A stretch of 64,000 nt of DNA. Origin: Desulfatiglandales bacterium. Its GTDB lineage: Bacteria > Desulfobacterota > DSM-4660 > Desulfatiglandales > Desulfatiglandaceae. The stretch lies in the NCBI GenBank assembly GCA_963666345.1, contig OY762721.1, positions 3,584,001-3,648,000 of the forward strand. Direction: 5' to 3'. The translations under genes were made by a program, and so were the position numbers. Of this stretch, positions 29,861 to 41,029 are shown in pieces; position 1 is the first letter of the stretch, and each line of letters opens with the position of its first letter. The notes below the pieces were generated by a model, which was not told the origin of the DNA, searched no databases, and saw only the letters and a program-made list of their open reading frames with translations.

Positions 29861-30397
29861 ATGGAAAATAAAAAAGGCTTTAAACGGAAAGCTTCGTCAA
29901 TTATAGCCAAATTAACATTTTCACAGATTGAAATAGTATTTTTATATATCGCTGGGACTGGAATACTATTCTCTATGTGCTTGACAACCTCGGACGTATT
30001 CGGGCGCTATGCATTACGGAAGCCAATTATAGGGACAGTTGAGATTACTGAATTATTACTCGTGATAATTATTTATTTTGCAGTGGCGAATACTGAAATG
30101 TCAGGTACTCATATTAGTATGTCAGCTATTCCAGAGATGCTTAAAAGAAAAGAAAAGATGAAACTATATCATGCAATTGAAATATTCAATTTTGTTTTTC
30201 CGCTCTTTATATTTATATTGGCATGCGGATTATTCATATTGTCGAGTTATAATGCGTATGTGAGTAATGAAGCAAGTTTTGGTCCATTATATATAAGATA
30301 TTGGCCGCTGAAATTGATAATAGCAATTGGATTTGGATCTCTTTGTATTAGATTGACATTAAAAATAATAGGCCATATCAAGGAACTGACGAAATGA
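29861..30397 (+). CDS. dctQ: TRAP small permease
   Basis: DVFGRY..PI.GTVE, about 4 TM segments. Confidence 0.85.
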   Translation: MENKKGFKRKASSIIAKLTFSQIEIVFLYIAGTGILFSMCLTTSDVFGRYALRKPIIGTVEITELLLVIIIYFAVANTEMSGTHISMSAIPEMLKRKEKMKLYHAIEIFNFVFPLFIFILACGLFILSSYNAYVSNEASFGPLYIRYWPLKLIIAIGFGSLCIRLTLKIIGHIKELTK

Positions 30398-30555
30398 CAT
30401 AATAGGTTCAATAGAAATAAGGTTGTTGTATTGCCGGATTAAAGATGGATCCGAATGTGGACCTTTCAAATGCGGTAAAACGATATTGCGATCGATAAAG
30501 ATGGCGGATATTGTTTAAATAAATAAACTGAATATTGTGGAGGCAACCAATCGTT

Positions 30556-31848
30556 ATGGATCCAATAATTATTGGCCTTATAGGAGTGGCAATATTTCTT
30601 TTATTGATATTTACTGGCGCTCGAATCGCTTATGCTGGCTTTGCTGCCGGGTTCATAGGATTGATCTGCTTGTATGGTTGGGAGCCTTCTATAGCAATAC
30701 TTAGTGCACAGCCTTTCGCGAAAAGTATAACCTATGGATTATCTGTTATTCCACTTTTTGTTTTGATGGGATATTTTGGATACTATGCCGCTGTTGGAGA
30801 AGAGATATTTAATGCTGCCCAGCACTGGATTGGGGCACTTAGAGGTGGACTTGCAATGGCTACGACCATTGCAAGTGCCTTTTTTGGTGCTATTTCAGGA
30901 TCAAGCACTGCTGCAGCCGCAATGTTTTCGAAATTAGCAATTCCTGAAATGGCAAAATATAAGTACAACAAAAGACTTTCATTGGGGACTGTAGCTGCTA
31001 GCGGTACTTTGGCTACCCTTATTCCACCTAGTACTAATATTGTAATTTATGGTTCATTGACAGAGCAATCTATTGGCATGCTTCTTATTGCAGGCATTAT
31101 ACCCGGGGTGGTTTCAAGCATTTTGTATTGTGCCATGATTTACATCAGGTGCGTGATAAATCCCAAACTAGGACCAGCTGGCCCTAGGACTCCTATCAAA
31201 GCAAAAATAAGTTCTCTAAAGCCGTTATGGGCAGTAATAGTTGTTTTTATTGCTGTAATTGGTGGACTTTATTTCGGTGTTTTTACCCCCACTGAGGCTG
31301 GAGCGGTTGGGGCAGCTGCAGTTCTTATCATTGCTGTAGCAAGGCGAAAGCTTAATATATCAAATGCAAAAAAAGCCGTTTTAGAAACAGCTCGAGTTTC
31401 ATGTATGATATTTTTTGTAATAATTGGAATAAGTATGTTTACTACCTTAGTAGTTGCTACTGGGGTAACTGAAATAATGGTCACATACGCTTTAACATTG
31501 CCACCATATCTATTACTTACTGGAATATTATGCATATACGTCATTTTCGGATGCTTTATTGGTGTGCTTGGAATGTTAGTAACTACAATTCCGTTTGTTT
31601 ATCCAGTTGTGATTGCAGCCGGCTTCGATCCGATATGGTTTGGTATTATAATTATAAAGCTTTGTGAGGTTGCGATGATTACCCCTCCGATTGGGATAAA
31701 TGCTTTTGTTACGAGCAATGTTACAGGCGAGCCAGTTGAGACAGTTTTTAGAAGTATTATTCCTTTCTTCATAATTGATATTTTGACTATTGCTGTATTA
31801 ATAGCATTTCCACAAATCATTCTTTTTCTGCCAAATCATGCCGGCTAA
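30556..31848 (+). CDS. dctM: TRAP large permease
   Basis: GAISGSS, LIPPS, FTPTEAG, ITPPIG. Confidence 0.92.
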   Translation: MDPIIIGLIGVAIFLLLIFTGARIAYAGFAAGFIGLICLYGWEPSIAILSAQPFAKSITYGLSVIPLFVLMGYFGYYAAVGEEIFNAAQHWIGALRGGLAMATTIASAFFGAISGSSTAAAAMFSKLAIPEMAKYKYNKRLSLGTVAASGTLATLIPPSTNIVIYGSLTEQSIGMLLIAGIIPGVVSSILYCAMIYIRCVINPKLGPAGPRTPIKAKISSLKPLWAVIVVFIAVIGGLYFGVFTPTEAGAVGAAAVLIIAVARRKLNISNAKKAVLETARVSCMIFFVIIGISMFTTLVVATGVTEIMVTYALTLPPYLLLTGILCIYVIFGCFIGVLGMLVTTIPFVYPVVIAAGFDPIWFGIIIIKLCEVAMITPPIGINAFVTSNVTGEPVETVFRSIIPFFIIDILTIAVLIAFPQIILFLPNHAG

Positions 31849-31972
31849 CTAATCATGAATAGAACTTAAAAAGGGTTTATATGAAAAACGAATATTATTA
31901 ATTGATACTTAATAACTAAGAGGTGAAAATGTAATTATTGTACTGTTAATATATCAAACAAGGAGAAAACAA

Positions 31973-32722
31973 ATGATATTGGAAAACAAAGTAGCGATTG
32001 TAACAGGTGGTGGAAGTGGAATCGGAAAGGCAATATGCAAAAAACTCTATGATGATGGTGCAAGTGTTGTGGTTGCTGATATCTCACTGGATGGAGCTGA
32101 TAAGGTTGTTTCAGAGTTGGCAGGAAATAACGGTAATGCCATTGGAATTAAAGTAGATGTCACAAAATCTAAAGAGACAGAGGAGATGACACAAAAGGTT
32201 TTAGATAAATTTGGAAAAATTGATATTTTAGTAAATAATGCCGGGGGAAGCCATCCAGATAAAGGAGTATATTTTTGGGACTCAAAGGAAGAAGTATGGG
32301 ATTGGACAATAGCACTTAATCTTAAAGGAGTCATAAATTCCACTAAAGCAATTATCAATAACTTCATCGAAAAAAGAGAAGGTAAAATAGTAAACATTGC
32401 GTCTATAAGTGGTGTCATGGGAACTCTTACAAAAGTTGATTACTCAGCTGCAAAGGCTGCAGTGATAGGATTTACTAAAGCTCTTTCCAAAGAGGTTGCC
32501 CCTTACAAAATATATGTAAATGCGGTTTCACCTGGCCCAACTGAAACGCCACTTTTTATTAGTAATACTGAAGAATTTAAAGATCGAATTCGAAATATAA
32601 TTCCGCTTGGCAGATTTGGAAAACCAACCGATATTGCAGAAATGGTAGCTTATTTAGCATCGCCGAAAGCGGATTTCATAACTGGACAAAATTTTATCGT
32701 TGATGGTGGTAGAAGTCTTTAA
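31973..32722 (+). CDS. Short-chain dehydrogenase/reductase 1
   Basis: TGGGSGIG, NNAG, YSAAK. Confidence 0.92.
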   Translation: MILENKVAIVTGGGSGIGKAICKKLYDDGASVVVADISLDGADKVVSELAGNNGNAIGIKVDVTKSKETEEMTQKVLDKFGKIDILVNNAGGSHPDKGVYFWDSKEEVWDWTIALNLKGVINSTKAIINNFIEKREGKIVNIASISGVMGTLTKVDYSAAKAAVIGFTKALSKEVAPYKIYVNAVSPGPTETPLFISNTEEFKDRIRNIIPLGRFGKPTDIAEMVAYLASPKADFITGQNFIVDGGRSL

Positions 32723-32740
32723 TTCCAAAGGGGGTAAAAA

Positions 32741-33079
32741 ATGAAAAGCCAGGCCATAAATGATACTGAAAATGTTTATTTGCTTGTCAGAGTAACCATT
32801 GCACCAAACCTAATCAAGGAATTTAATGACTTTTGGTCATCAGAGATCTTAGCTTTTTGGGAGAAATATGGGGCAAGTCATATCCGGTCATTTATCTATA
32901 GTGTTGGTGGCCCAAGCAATCAACTCCTAAGGCTTTTTAAATTTGATAATTACGAAACATTTGGGAAGTTTAGAGAGGCACTTCGAAACACAGAAGAGGG
33001 AAGAGATATTTTGAAGATACTCTACTCAAAGAAATGGGATATTGTTGTAAAAATGAGTTTATTAAAGGCAATACTTTAA
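32741..33079 (+). CDS. NIPSNAP-like protein
   Basis: 112 aa; F...W...G...VGG.N pattern. Confidence 0.6.
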   Translation: MKSQAINDTENVYLLVRVTIAPNLIKEFNDFWSSEILAFWEKYGASHIRSFIYSVGGPSNQLLRLFKFDNYETFGKFREALRNTEEGRDILKILYSKKWDIVVKMSLLKAIL

Positions 33080-33093
33080 AAAAAGGAGATGCC

Positions 33094-33843
33094 ATGTCAT
33101 TTCAATATAAAGTAGCGATTGTCACAGGTGGTGGAAGTGGAATCGGAAAGGCAATATGCAAAAAACTCTATGATGATGGTGCAAGTGTTGTGGTTGCTGA
33201 TATCTCACTGGATGGAGCTGATAAGGTTGTTTCAGAGTTGGCAGGAAATAACGGTAATGCCATTGGAATTAAAGTAGATGTCACAAAGTCTAAAGAGACA
33301 GAGGAGATGACACAAAAGGTTTTAGATAAATTTGGAAAAATTGATATTTTAGTAAATAATGTCGGAGGAACTCCTAGAGAAAAAGGCGGTCTTTTTCATG
33401 AATTGGAGGAAGGCATTTGGGATTGGCAGATAGATTTGAATTTAAAGTCAGTTCGAAACTGTACAAGGTCAATTATAGGACATATGATTGAAAGAAAAGC
33501 TGGGAAGATTGTTAACATTGCATCTGTTGCTGGTGTTAAGGGAACGCCGTCAAGAGTAGAATATTCAACTGCGAAGGCTGGCGTTATTGGTTTTACCATT
33601 GCTCTGGCGAAAGAAGTAGCTCAGTTTAATATAAATGTTAACTCTGTTTCACCTGGGCCTGTTGAAACCCCTCTTCTCAAGGCGGCTTCTTTGGAAAGAA
33701 GGGAAAACCTGCTAAATTCATTATATATAAAGCGATTTGGAGAACCTTGGGAAATAGCTGAAATGGTAGCGTACCTTGCATCAGAAAGCGCAGATTTTAT
33801 TACTGGACAAAACTATATCGTAGACGGAGGAAGAACGTTATAA
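33094..33843 (+). CDS. Short-chain dehydrogenase/reductase 2
   Basis: TGGGSGIG, NNVG, YSTAK; ATG 33094 with SD. Confidence 0.92.
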   Translation: MSFQYKVAIVTGGGSGIGKAICKKLYDDGASVVVADISLDGADKVVSELAGNNGNAIGIKVDVTKSKETEEMTQKVLDKFGKIDILVNNVGGTPREKGGLFHELEEGIWDWQIDLNLKSVRNCTRSIIGHMIERKAGKIVNIASVAGVKGTPSRVEYSTAKAGVIGFTIALAKEVAQFNINVNSVSPGPVETPLLKAASLERRENLLNSLYIKRFGEPWEIAEMVAYLASESADFITGQNYIVDGGRTL

Positions 33844-34229
33844 AGTTAAATCAAAATAATTTGATAAGATAACATTTAAAATTAGATAAATAAGATAACC
33901 ATATATTAAAGGTTTGGAGAAGCGATGCCACCAGGATGGTTTATAGAGGCAAGGTAAAAATAGACTATGGTTCAAAAAAAGTCTATTTGAAGTGATTAGC
34001 ACCTTATTGGGGTATGGGTTATCTGACTCAATATCTGGGGAAGAAAAGGCTGGCTAAATGGAATAGTTAATGAAACTTAGAAAAAAAAGATTTTTGAAAC
34101 AAAACGATTGGATTTTCACTCTGTTTCAATTGATTAACAAACCAAATGGCCTAAAACCGGCAATCGTTAAATTAATTATGACAAAAAGTTATTTCATATT
34201 TTATGAAAATAAAATTGGTGGTGAGAAAA

Positions 34230-36152
34230 ATGAAGCTGTTTAAAAAAATAAATATCGGCCCTATGGAACTAAAGAACAGAATCGTAATGCCGGCAATGCA
34301 CACTGGCTTTGGTTCCGACGAAGGATACGTCACAGATAGGATGATACGCTATTATGAAGAAAGGGCAAAAGGAGGTGTAGCCTTAATCATTGTTGAATTT
34401 ACTGCTGTTGAAAGGAGAGGAAGATCTGCAACACATGAGCTATTAATTGATGATGACAAATATATTCCGATGCTAAGCAAGTTGGCCAGGGCAATACAGG
34501 GAAATGGAGCGAAAGCCTGTATACAATTGCATCATGGAGGAGGTAAAGTCACTGAAAGAGTAAGTAAGAATCAACCAATATGTCCATCGGTATTGGAAGA
34601 ATATAGAAATAACTATGGAAATAGACCTAGATTACTGACAAAGGGTGAGATTAGAAAATTAGTTTTGAGTTTTGGTGATGCTGCCGTAAGAGCAAAAGAA
34701 GCAGGGTTTGATTGTATTGAATTGCATTTTACCCATTCCTATCTAGTGGATCAATTTATATCTCCACGATTTAATAAAAGGAAAGATGCTTTTGGCGGAA
34801 ATATTGAAAACCGGATAAGGTTTGGATCTGAAATAATTGAGAATATAAGGAAAAGGGTAGGCAACTTTCCAATTATCTGTAGAGTTACAGGAAGCGACTA
34901 TATGAAAGGAGGAATAACAACTGAAGATGCTAAGGCAAACGCTGTTTTATTAGAACGGGCAGGTGCAGATTGCCTGCATGTCTCAGTTGGTATCTCAAAA
35001 AATGTTGTATCAACTCCCCCAATGTCGATTGAAAATGGATGTTTTGTATATCTGGCTCAACAGGTTAAAAAAGCTGTAAAACTTCCTGTTATCGCTGTAG
35101 GTAAATTAAGTGATCCTTGGCTAGCTGAAAAGGTAATAGTTGATAAAAAAGCTGATTGTATTGCTATCGGCAGAGGTTTAATTGCTGATCCCTTTTTACC
35201 GGAAAAGGTGGAAAATGGTGGAATTGAAGAAATTCAACAATGCCTCTATTGTAATCAAGGATGTATTTGCAAAGTTCTTGGAGGAGAGACTATAACCTGT
35301 GTTGTCAATCCATCTGTTGGGAAAGAAGATGCCTTTTCATATACTCAGTCTGATCATCCAAGAAGAGTACTAATAGTTGGCGGTGGACCTGCTGGAATGA
35401 AAGCTGCGATAGTTGCTAGAAGTAGAGGCCATGATGTTATATTGGCTGAAAGAAAAAGGGAATTAGGTGGTTTACTTAAATATGCAAATAGACCGCCCGG
35501 AAAAGATCAGTTTGATCAGTTGCGGATTGGGTTAATTAAGCAGATAAAGGAGTCAAAAATTGAGACGCATTTAAATCAAAATGTTGGTAAGGATTTTGTA
35601 GCCCAGATAAATCCAGATGTAATTGTTATGGCAACTGGATCTAAGCCTGTTATTCCGGTGATACCTGGGATAGAGGAAACCAAAATATACTTGCCTACTG
35701 AAATTCTGGAAATGGAACAAATCGATGCAAATTCGGCAATTATAATTGGAGGTGGCCAAACCGGTCTTGAAACTTCTGAATATCTTGCTCAAAAAGGACT
35801 GAAGGTAACAATATTGGAAATGTTATCAGAGGTTGGTGCGAATATACCCAAAAGAAATAGACAGGTTTTGTTAAATAGAATTGCTAAAGAAGAGATTAAA
35901 ATATGTGAAAATCGAAAAGTTACTGAAATCAACAAGAATGGCGTTTCCACGGTTCATTTTGGTAAGAGAGAAAAATATTATGGTGATATTTTGGTAGTGG
36001 CATCTGGAGCTAAACCTGAAAATGAATTGCTTGATGAATTGGAATCTATCTTACCCAAGCTAAAAAAATGTTTTCTAATAGGAGATTGTATTGAACCTAG
36101 AAGTGCCTTGGAAGCAATTTATGAGGGAGCTCTAGTGGGAATGGAAGTTTAA
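34230..36152 (+). CDS. Old-yellow-enzyme family oxidoreductase 2 (FadH/BaiCD-like)
   Basis: ELHFTHSYL, CLYCNQGC, VGGGPAG. Confidence 0.9.
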   Translation: MKLFKKINIGPMELKNRIVMPAMHTGFGSDEGYVTDRMIRYYEERAKGGVALIIVEFTAVERRGRSATHELLIDDDKYIPMLSKLARAIQGNGAKACIQLHHGGGKVTERVSKNQPICPSVLEEYRNNYGNRPRLLTKGEIRKLVLSFGDAAVRAKEAGFDCIELHFTHSYLVDQFISPRFNKRKDAFGGNIENRIRFGSEIIENIRKRVGNFPIICRVTGSDYMKGGITTEDAKANAVLLERAGADCLHVSVGISKNVVSTPPMSIENGCFVYLAQQVKKAVKLPVIAVGKLSDPWLAEKVIVDKKADCIAIGRGLIADPFLPEKVENGGIEEIQQCLYCNQGCICKVLGGETITCVVNPSVGKEDAFSYTQSDHPRRVLIVGGGPAGMKAAIVARSRGHDVILAERKRELGGLLKYANRPPGKDQFDQLRIGLIKQIKESKIETHLNQNVGKDFVAQINPDVIVMATGSKPVIPVIPGIEETKIYLPTEILEMEQIDANSAIIIGGGQTGLETSEYLAQKGLKVTILEMLSEVGANIPKRNRQVLLNRIAKEEIKICENRKVTEINKNGVSTVHFGKREKYYGDILVVASGAKPENELLDELESILPKLKKCFLIGDCIEPRSALEAIYEGALVGMEV

Positions 36153-36206
36153 ATGTTTTTATAAAAAAATGCTGATATAGAAATTTGACAAAGTTTGGAG
36201 GACGAT

Positions 36207-37187
36207 TTGTACTATCCAAAATTGCGTTTGCGTCGATTAAGGAGAACTGAGAAGTTAAGAGGGCTTATAAGGGAAACAAGGGTATCCGTCAATGATATAA
36301 TCTATCCTCTTTTTGTGATCGAGGGTGATAATCTCAAAATGCCAATTTCAGCAATGCCTGATCAGTTTAGGTTTTCAATTGATTTGTTGTTGGAAGAAAT
36401 TGGACAAGTAGAAAAGGCGGGAATCCATGCAATAATACTATTTGGGTTACCCAAAGAGAAGGATGCAATCGGCTCTCAGGCATATGCGATAGATGGAATT
36501 ATACAAAGAGCACTTCGAAGCATAAAAAAGACATTTCCAGATATTGTCGTAATAACAGATGTTTGTTTGTGTGAATACACTGATCATGGCCATTGCGGTT
36601 TTATAAGAGATAATCAGATTGATAATGACGAGTCTACTAAGCTTTTAGCTGAAATCGCCTTGTCTCATGCACAGGCTGGGGCAGACATTGTTGCGCCTTC
36701 AGCTATGATGGATGGTCAAGTTGCCGAAATTAGGAAAAAATTAGATGAAAACGGTTTTCAAGAAACTGGAATAATGGCTTACTCGGCAAAATTTTCTTCG
36801 GCTTTCTATGGCCCTTTCCGGGAAGCTGCTGATTCATGCCCGAAATTTGGAGACAGGAAAAGTTATCAAATGGACATGGCAAACGGGAGGGAAGCCTTAA
36901 GGGAGGTTGAGTTAGATATAGCTGAGGGTGCTGATATGGTTATGATTAAGCCAGCACTCCCTTTTTTGGATGTAATTTATCGCGTCAGACAAATTTGCCA
37001 TTGTCCGATAGTCGCCTACAACGTCAGTGGTGAATATGCAATCATTAAGGCTGGAGGTTCAGCAAATTGGATTGACTATAAAGAAGCAATGTTAGAATGC
37101 ATGATATGTATCAAAAGGGCTGGTGCAGATCTAATTATTACCTATTTTGCCAAGGAATTAGCAAAATATCTGAATGAAGTAGAATAA
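36207..37187 (+). CDS. hemB: Porphobilinogen synthase
   Basis: RLRRLR, DVCLCEYTDHGHCG, YGPFREA, MVMIKP; TTG start with GGAGG. Confidence 0.95.
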   Translation: MYYPKLRLRRLRRTEKLRGLIRETRVSVNDIIYPLFVIEGDNLKMPISAMPDQFRFSIDLLLEEIGQVEKAGIHAIILFGLPKEKDAIGSQAYAIDGIIQRALRSIKKTFPDIVVITDVCLCEYTDHGHCGFIRDNQIDNDESTKLLAEIALSHAQAGADIVAPSAMMDGQVAEIRKKLDENGFQETGIMAYSAKFSSAFYGPFREAADSCPKFGDRKSYQMDMANGREALREVELDIAEGADMVMIKPALPFLDVIYRVRQICHCPIVAYNVSGEYAIIKAGGSANWIDYKEAMLECMICIKRAGADLIITYFAKELAKYLNEVE

Positions 37188-37335
37188 ATAAACCTGGAAT
37201 ATTTTATAAATTGAATTATCTGATATAGATTGCAAATTGAAAAATTATTTAAGTTGTTTGATAAAAAAATATGCAAAGATATACGCAATAATAAGATGAT
37301 TTTAAAAGATCGAAATTGGTAAAAGGGCTTGGAGT

Positions 37336-38160
37336 ATGGCATTTTTACATATTGATAGGAAGAAATGTATTCAGGACGGTATTTGTGTTTCTGTCTGTCC
37401 TTCCCGTGTTATCCATATGAGACCAGAGGATGATTATCCTTCTGCTAAAAGGGAATTTGAAGAATTTTGCCTTAAATGTGGTCACTGTGTTGCGGTCTGT
37501 CCCTCTGGAGCTTTTAGTCTTGACTGGCTTTCACCTGAACAGTGTGAAGGCATTGAGGATATATTAAACATAACACCTGAGCAGGCTTGGCAATTTCTCT
37601 GTAAAAGACGATCCATCAGGAGATTCAAAAAAAATGCTGTCCCTCGATCTGTAATTTTTAACCTCCTTGAGGGGGCTTGTTTAGCTCCTTCAGCCAAAAA
37701 CCGGCAGCTCTGGCAGTGGGTTGTTGTAGAGAACCATTCAGAGGTTCAAAGGCTTGCCAATTTGGTTATCAGGTGGATGAAAAAAGTTATAAGAGAGAAT
37801 CCTAAACTTGCAAAAGAGAGAGGTTTTGAGCGTGCTGTTACCTTGTGGATGGAAGGAAATGACATTATTTGTCGAGGTGCACCTGATATCATAGTAGTTC
37901 ACGGCCAAAATGACTGGGGTTATGGGCCTGAGGACTGTGCCCTTGCTCTTAGCCAACTTAGTTTATATGCAACTAGTATGGGGCTGGGTTCCTGCTGGGG
38001 TGGGTATTTTTTTAAGGCAGTGAATTCTTATCTTCCTTTGTTCAAAGCACTAGATCTGCCTGAAGGCAATAGGGTTTTCGGAGCAATGATGGTGGGCTAC
38101 CCAAAATTTGAATATAGTCGTATTCCAGTACGCAATAAACCTCGTGTTAATTGGTTGTGA
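37336..38160 (+). CDS. Nitroreductase with N-terminal 2x[4Fe-4S]
   Basis: CIQDGICVSVCP, CLKCGHCVAVCP, RRSIR, APSAKN, GLGSCW. Confidence 0.88.
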   Translation: MAFLHIDRKKCIQDGICVSVCPSRVIHMRPEDDYPSAKREFEEFCLKCGHCVAVCPSGAFSLDWLSPEQCEGIEDILNITPEQAWQFLCKRRSIRRFKKNAVPRSVIFNLLEGACLAPSAKNRQLWQWVVVENHSEVQRLANLVIRWMKKVIRENPKLAKERGFERAVTLWMEGNDIICRGAPDIIVVHGQNDWGYGPEDCALALSQLSLYATSMGLGSCWGGYFFKAVNSYLPLFKALDLPEGNRVFGAMMVGYPKFEYSRIPVRNKPRVNWL

Positions 38161-38204
38161 TGCTCAATTCTAATAATTAGCGATACCTCTATTTTTATTT
38201 ATGC

Positions 38205-38326
38205 CTAGAAAACCCCGCCCTTTGGGTGGGGTGAGAGTAATTAGGCTTCGCCTGTAAAATGTTTTTGAAATCGCGGTGGCGAAGCCATGAATCGGGCGAA
38301 AAGCCATGGCCTCTGGCCGTGGATAG
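38205..38326. mobile_element. Non-autonomous IS200/IS605-type miniature element (PATE/REP-like)
   Basis: Three GC-rich hairpins in AT-rich DNA: ACCCCGCCC-ttt-GGGTGGGGT, GGCTTCGCC..GGCGAAGCC, CCATGGCC-tct-GGCCGTGG. Confidence 0.55.
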
Positions 38327-38415
38327 TCCGATTCAAGCGATTTCTTTACTTTATCTGAAAGTAAGATGTTAATTATAAAAATCATTTGTCATATAGATTG
38401 CTAGCTGGAGGAAAC

Positions 38416-39255
38416 ATGGGTAAAAGGATAATCATTACTGTGGCAGTTACAGGTTCCTTCCCGACTAAGGAAATGAATCCAGGGGTGCCTTATTCACCCA
38501 AAGAGATTGCAAAAGCGGCGGTTGAAAGTAATAAAGCTGGGGCATCTATTGCCCATATCCATGTTAGGGATCCTGAGACAGGAAAACCCGCATACGATAA
38601 AAAATTATTTAAAGAAGTCTTGGAACGTATCCGTGAAAAATGCAGCATGATAGTAAATTTGACAACAAGCGGTTTGAGGCTCACTGGCTCAGATGTTATC
38701 AAAAAGCGACTGCAACCAGTGGAACTTGAGCCTGAAATGTGCTCTTTGGACTTGGGTTCTATGAATTTCCATAATAAAGTATTCAATAACCCCCCTCAGT
38801 GGGGAGAGGAAGCTGCAAAAAGTATGCAGCGTGTTGGAGTAAAACCAGAGATAGAGGTATTTGAAGTAGGTCATATACGACAAGCCTTATACCTTATTGA
38901 ACAAGGATTTATAGATCCTCCACCATATTTTCAGCTCTGCATGGGTGTCAGATGGGGCATTGATGCTACAATTGAAAGCCTTCTTTTTATGAAAAGCAAA
39001 TTACCACCTGATGCACCATGGAGTGTCCTTGGTATTGGAGCGAGTCAAATACCCATGATCAACACTGGTATCCTTTTGGGGGGTAACATCAGGGTAGGCT
39101 TTGAGGACAATATTTACCTAGCAAAGAATAAGTTAGCTATTAATAATGCTCAAATGGTTGAAGTAGCAAGTGATTTAGCAGAACGTTTGGGAAGAAATGT
39201 TGTTGATGCCGATGAAGCGCGCGATATGCTAGGAATAAAAACGAATGGTGCCTAG
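38416..39255 (+). CDS. Beta-keto acid cleavage enzyme (BKACE/Kce-like) 2
   Basis: [34 protein letters not shown]. Confidence 0.9.
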   Translation: MGKRIIITVAVTGSFPTKEMNPGVPYSPKEIAKAAVESNKAGASIAHIHVRDPETGKPAYDKKLFKEVLERIREKCSMIVNLTTSGLRLTGSDVIKKRLQPVELEPEMCSLDLGSMNFHNKVFNNPPQWGEEAAKSMQRVGVKPEIEVFEVGHIRQALYLIEQGFIDPPPYFQLCMGVRWGIDATIESLLFMKSKLPPDAPWSVLGIGASQIPMINTGILLGGNIRVGFEDNIYLAKNKLAINNAQMVEVASDLAERLGRNVVDADEARDMLGIKTNGA

Positions 39256-39474
39256 AATTTTATCTATTTTTAGGTCAAGATATAGCAAATTCTAGGGTGC
39301 TTTTTAATGCTCTTTTTTAGTCAAGACCGATAGTTTATAATAATTAGGTTTTAAAAATAAGAATATAATTTGCAAGGATATTTTAAAAAAAGTTATATGA
39401 CCATGGCAAACGGAAAAAGTCATTATTTGCTTCTAAAGCGCATATGAGTTAAGTATTACCCAGGAGGGCTATTA

Positions 39475-39966
39475 ATGGAATATGATGGACGTTTAAAAGG
39501 AAAGAAAATACTAATAGTTGATGATGAGCCGGATGTATTGGCGACACTCGAAGAAATTCTAGATATGTGTGATTTAGTAAAATCAACCAATTTCGAAGAT
39601 TCAAAACGCTTAGTTGAGACCGAGAGCTATGATATCGTTATTCTGGATATTATGGGGGTTGACGGTTACAGGCTTTTAAATATTGCCAATAAAAGAAAAT
39701 TAACTGCTGTAATGCTAACTGCACATGCCTTAGACCCTGAAAATGCTGCTAAATCTTTTAATGAGGGGGCTTCATTCTATGTTCCGAAAGATAAGATTGG
39801 AAGCATTGCCAGTTATCTTGAGGACGTACTTGAAGCGAAAGAATCTGGTAAAAGTACTTGGTGGAGTTGGCTTGAGAGGATAGGAAACAATTATTTTGTA
39901 GACAGATTTGGGCCTAATTGGAAGGATCAGGACAAGGAGTTCTGGAAGAAACTTGATTATCACTAA
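39475..39966 (+). CDS. Response regulator (receiver plus short tail)
   Basis: ILIVDDE, ILDIMG, LTAHA, YVPK. Confidence 0.85.
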   Translation: MEYDGRLKGKKILIVDDEPDVLATLEEILDMCDLVKSTNFEDSKRLVETESYDIVILDIMGVDGYRLLNIANKRKLTAVMLTAHALDPENAAKSFNEGASFYVPKDKIGSIASYLEDVLEAKESGKSTWWSWLERIGNNYFVDRFGPNWKDQDKEFWKKLDYH

Positions 39967-40040
39967 TCTGCAGTAGCTAAAATATGGTCGAAGCTTTTTG
40001 TTCTTCTTGAGTTTCTGAGCCGATTATATCTAGAAATTAT

Positions 40041-40805
40041 CAGCAATTTCCGGTTAGGTACTTGCATAAGGGTTTGAGTTTATTGAAGTCGGTTCCGATT
40101 ATTTCGGTAGAGCCTTCACGAAGCTCATTTTGGATTTGAATCCGAAGTTGTCGCACTCTCTTTATGCTGACTTTTTCGTTGTGCTGCTCGCAGCAGTAGA
40201 CGGAAAGCAGTATGTAGGTGATCAAACCGGCGAGTATTTGGGCCATCAAGCCATAGCGACTCCTGGCAATCAGATGGTAGACTCGAAGGTGGCGCTTCCA
40301 CCATCCGAAAAATTTCTCGATGTCCCATCTGAGCTTGTAGATGAAAGCAATTTGGTCAGCAGAAAGGTCGTATCGGCTTGTTGCAACCCAGTATTTTATG
40401 CCATCTACTACATATCCGACGACCCTGACAGGCTTTTTGGTCTGGTTGACTCCGGCGGTGCCGAGCAAGAGGATCGCATCGTAGAGACCACCGCCGTTAG
40501 GTTTGATCGGTTTGGCTTCAATGCAGGCTTTGCGTGTCTTGGCTTTGATACGGCATACAAAATGTTTTTTCTCCTCCTGCCATTGGTCAAACAGGTCGTG
40601 AGCCTTATACCCTAGGTCCAGAACACCTGTGTGCCCCGGAGAAAGAATCATTGAAACGAAGGGTCGTTGCGGGCCCTTGTCATCAGTGAGGAACACCTTG
40701 CGTGGAATCGAAAGGTTCAAGAGTCAAAGCCGATATGCACTTTGGCCTTCTTTGAGCCCTTTCTGTAGTCGGCCCGGTTCATTGAAAGCGATGCATCAAT
40801 CAATT
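40041..40805 (-). pseudogene. IS4-family transposase remnant
   Basis: DLGY, YKLRWDIEKFF; frameshift near 40720; 5' part missing; IS end-like CAGCAATTTCCGGTTAGG at 40041. Confidence 0.8.
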
Positions 40806-40836
40806 ATCCGCCGATATCTAGTTTTTAGTGGCAATT

Positions 40837-40938
40837 TCTGTGTGAGAATCTGTGTGAGAAAAACCTTCCAAAATCAGCAAAAACGTGGAAAATCTGCTAA
40901 AATCACTAAAAGTCAAAACCAATAAAATCAATTAGTTA
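40837..40938 (+). promoter_or_regulatory. Integrase arm-type repeats and IHF site
   Basis: TCTGTGTGAGAA x2 (40837-40860); AATCAATTAGTTA (40926-40938) matches WATCAANNNNTTR. Confidence 0.65.
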
Positions 40939-40975
40939 AGTCTTTTGAGGAGGTTAGGAAACCAGGGGTTCATGG

Positions 40976-41020
<45 letters not shown>

Positions 41021-41029
41021 GTATTAGCA

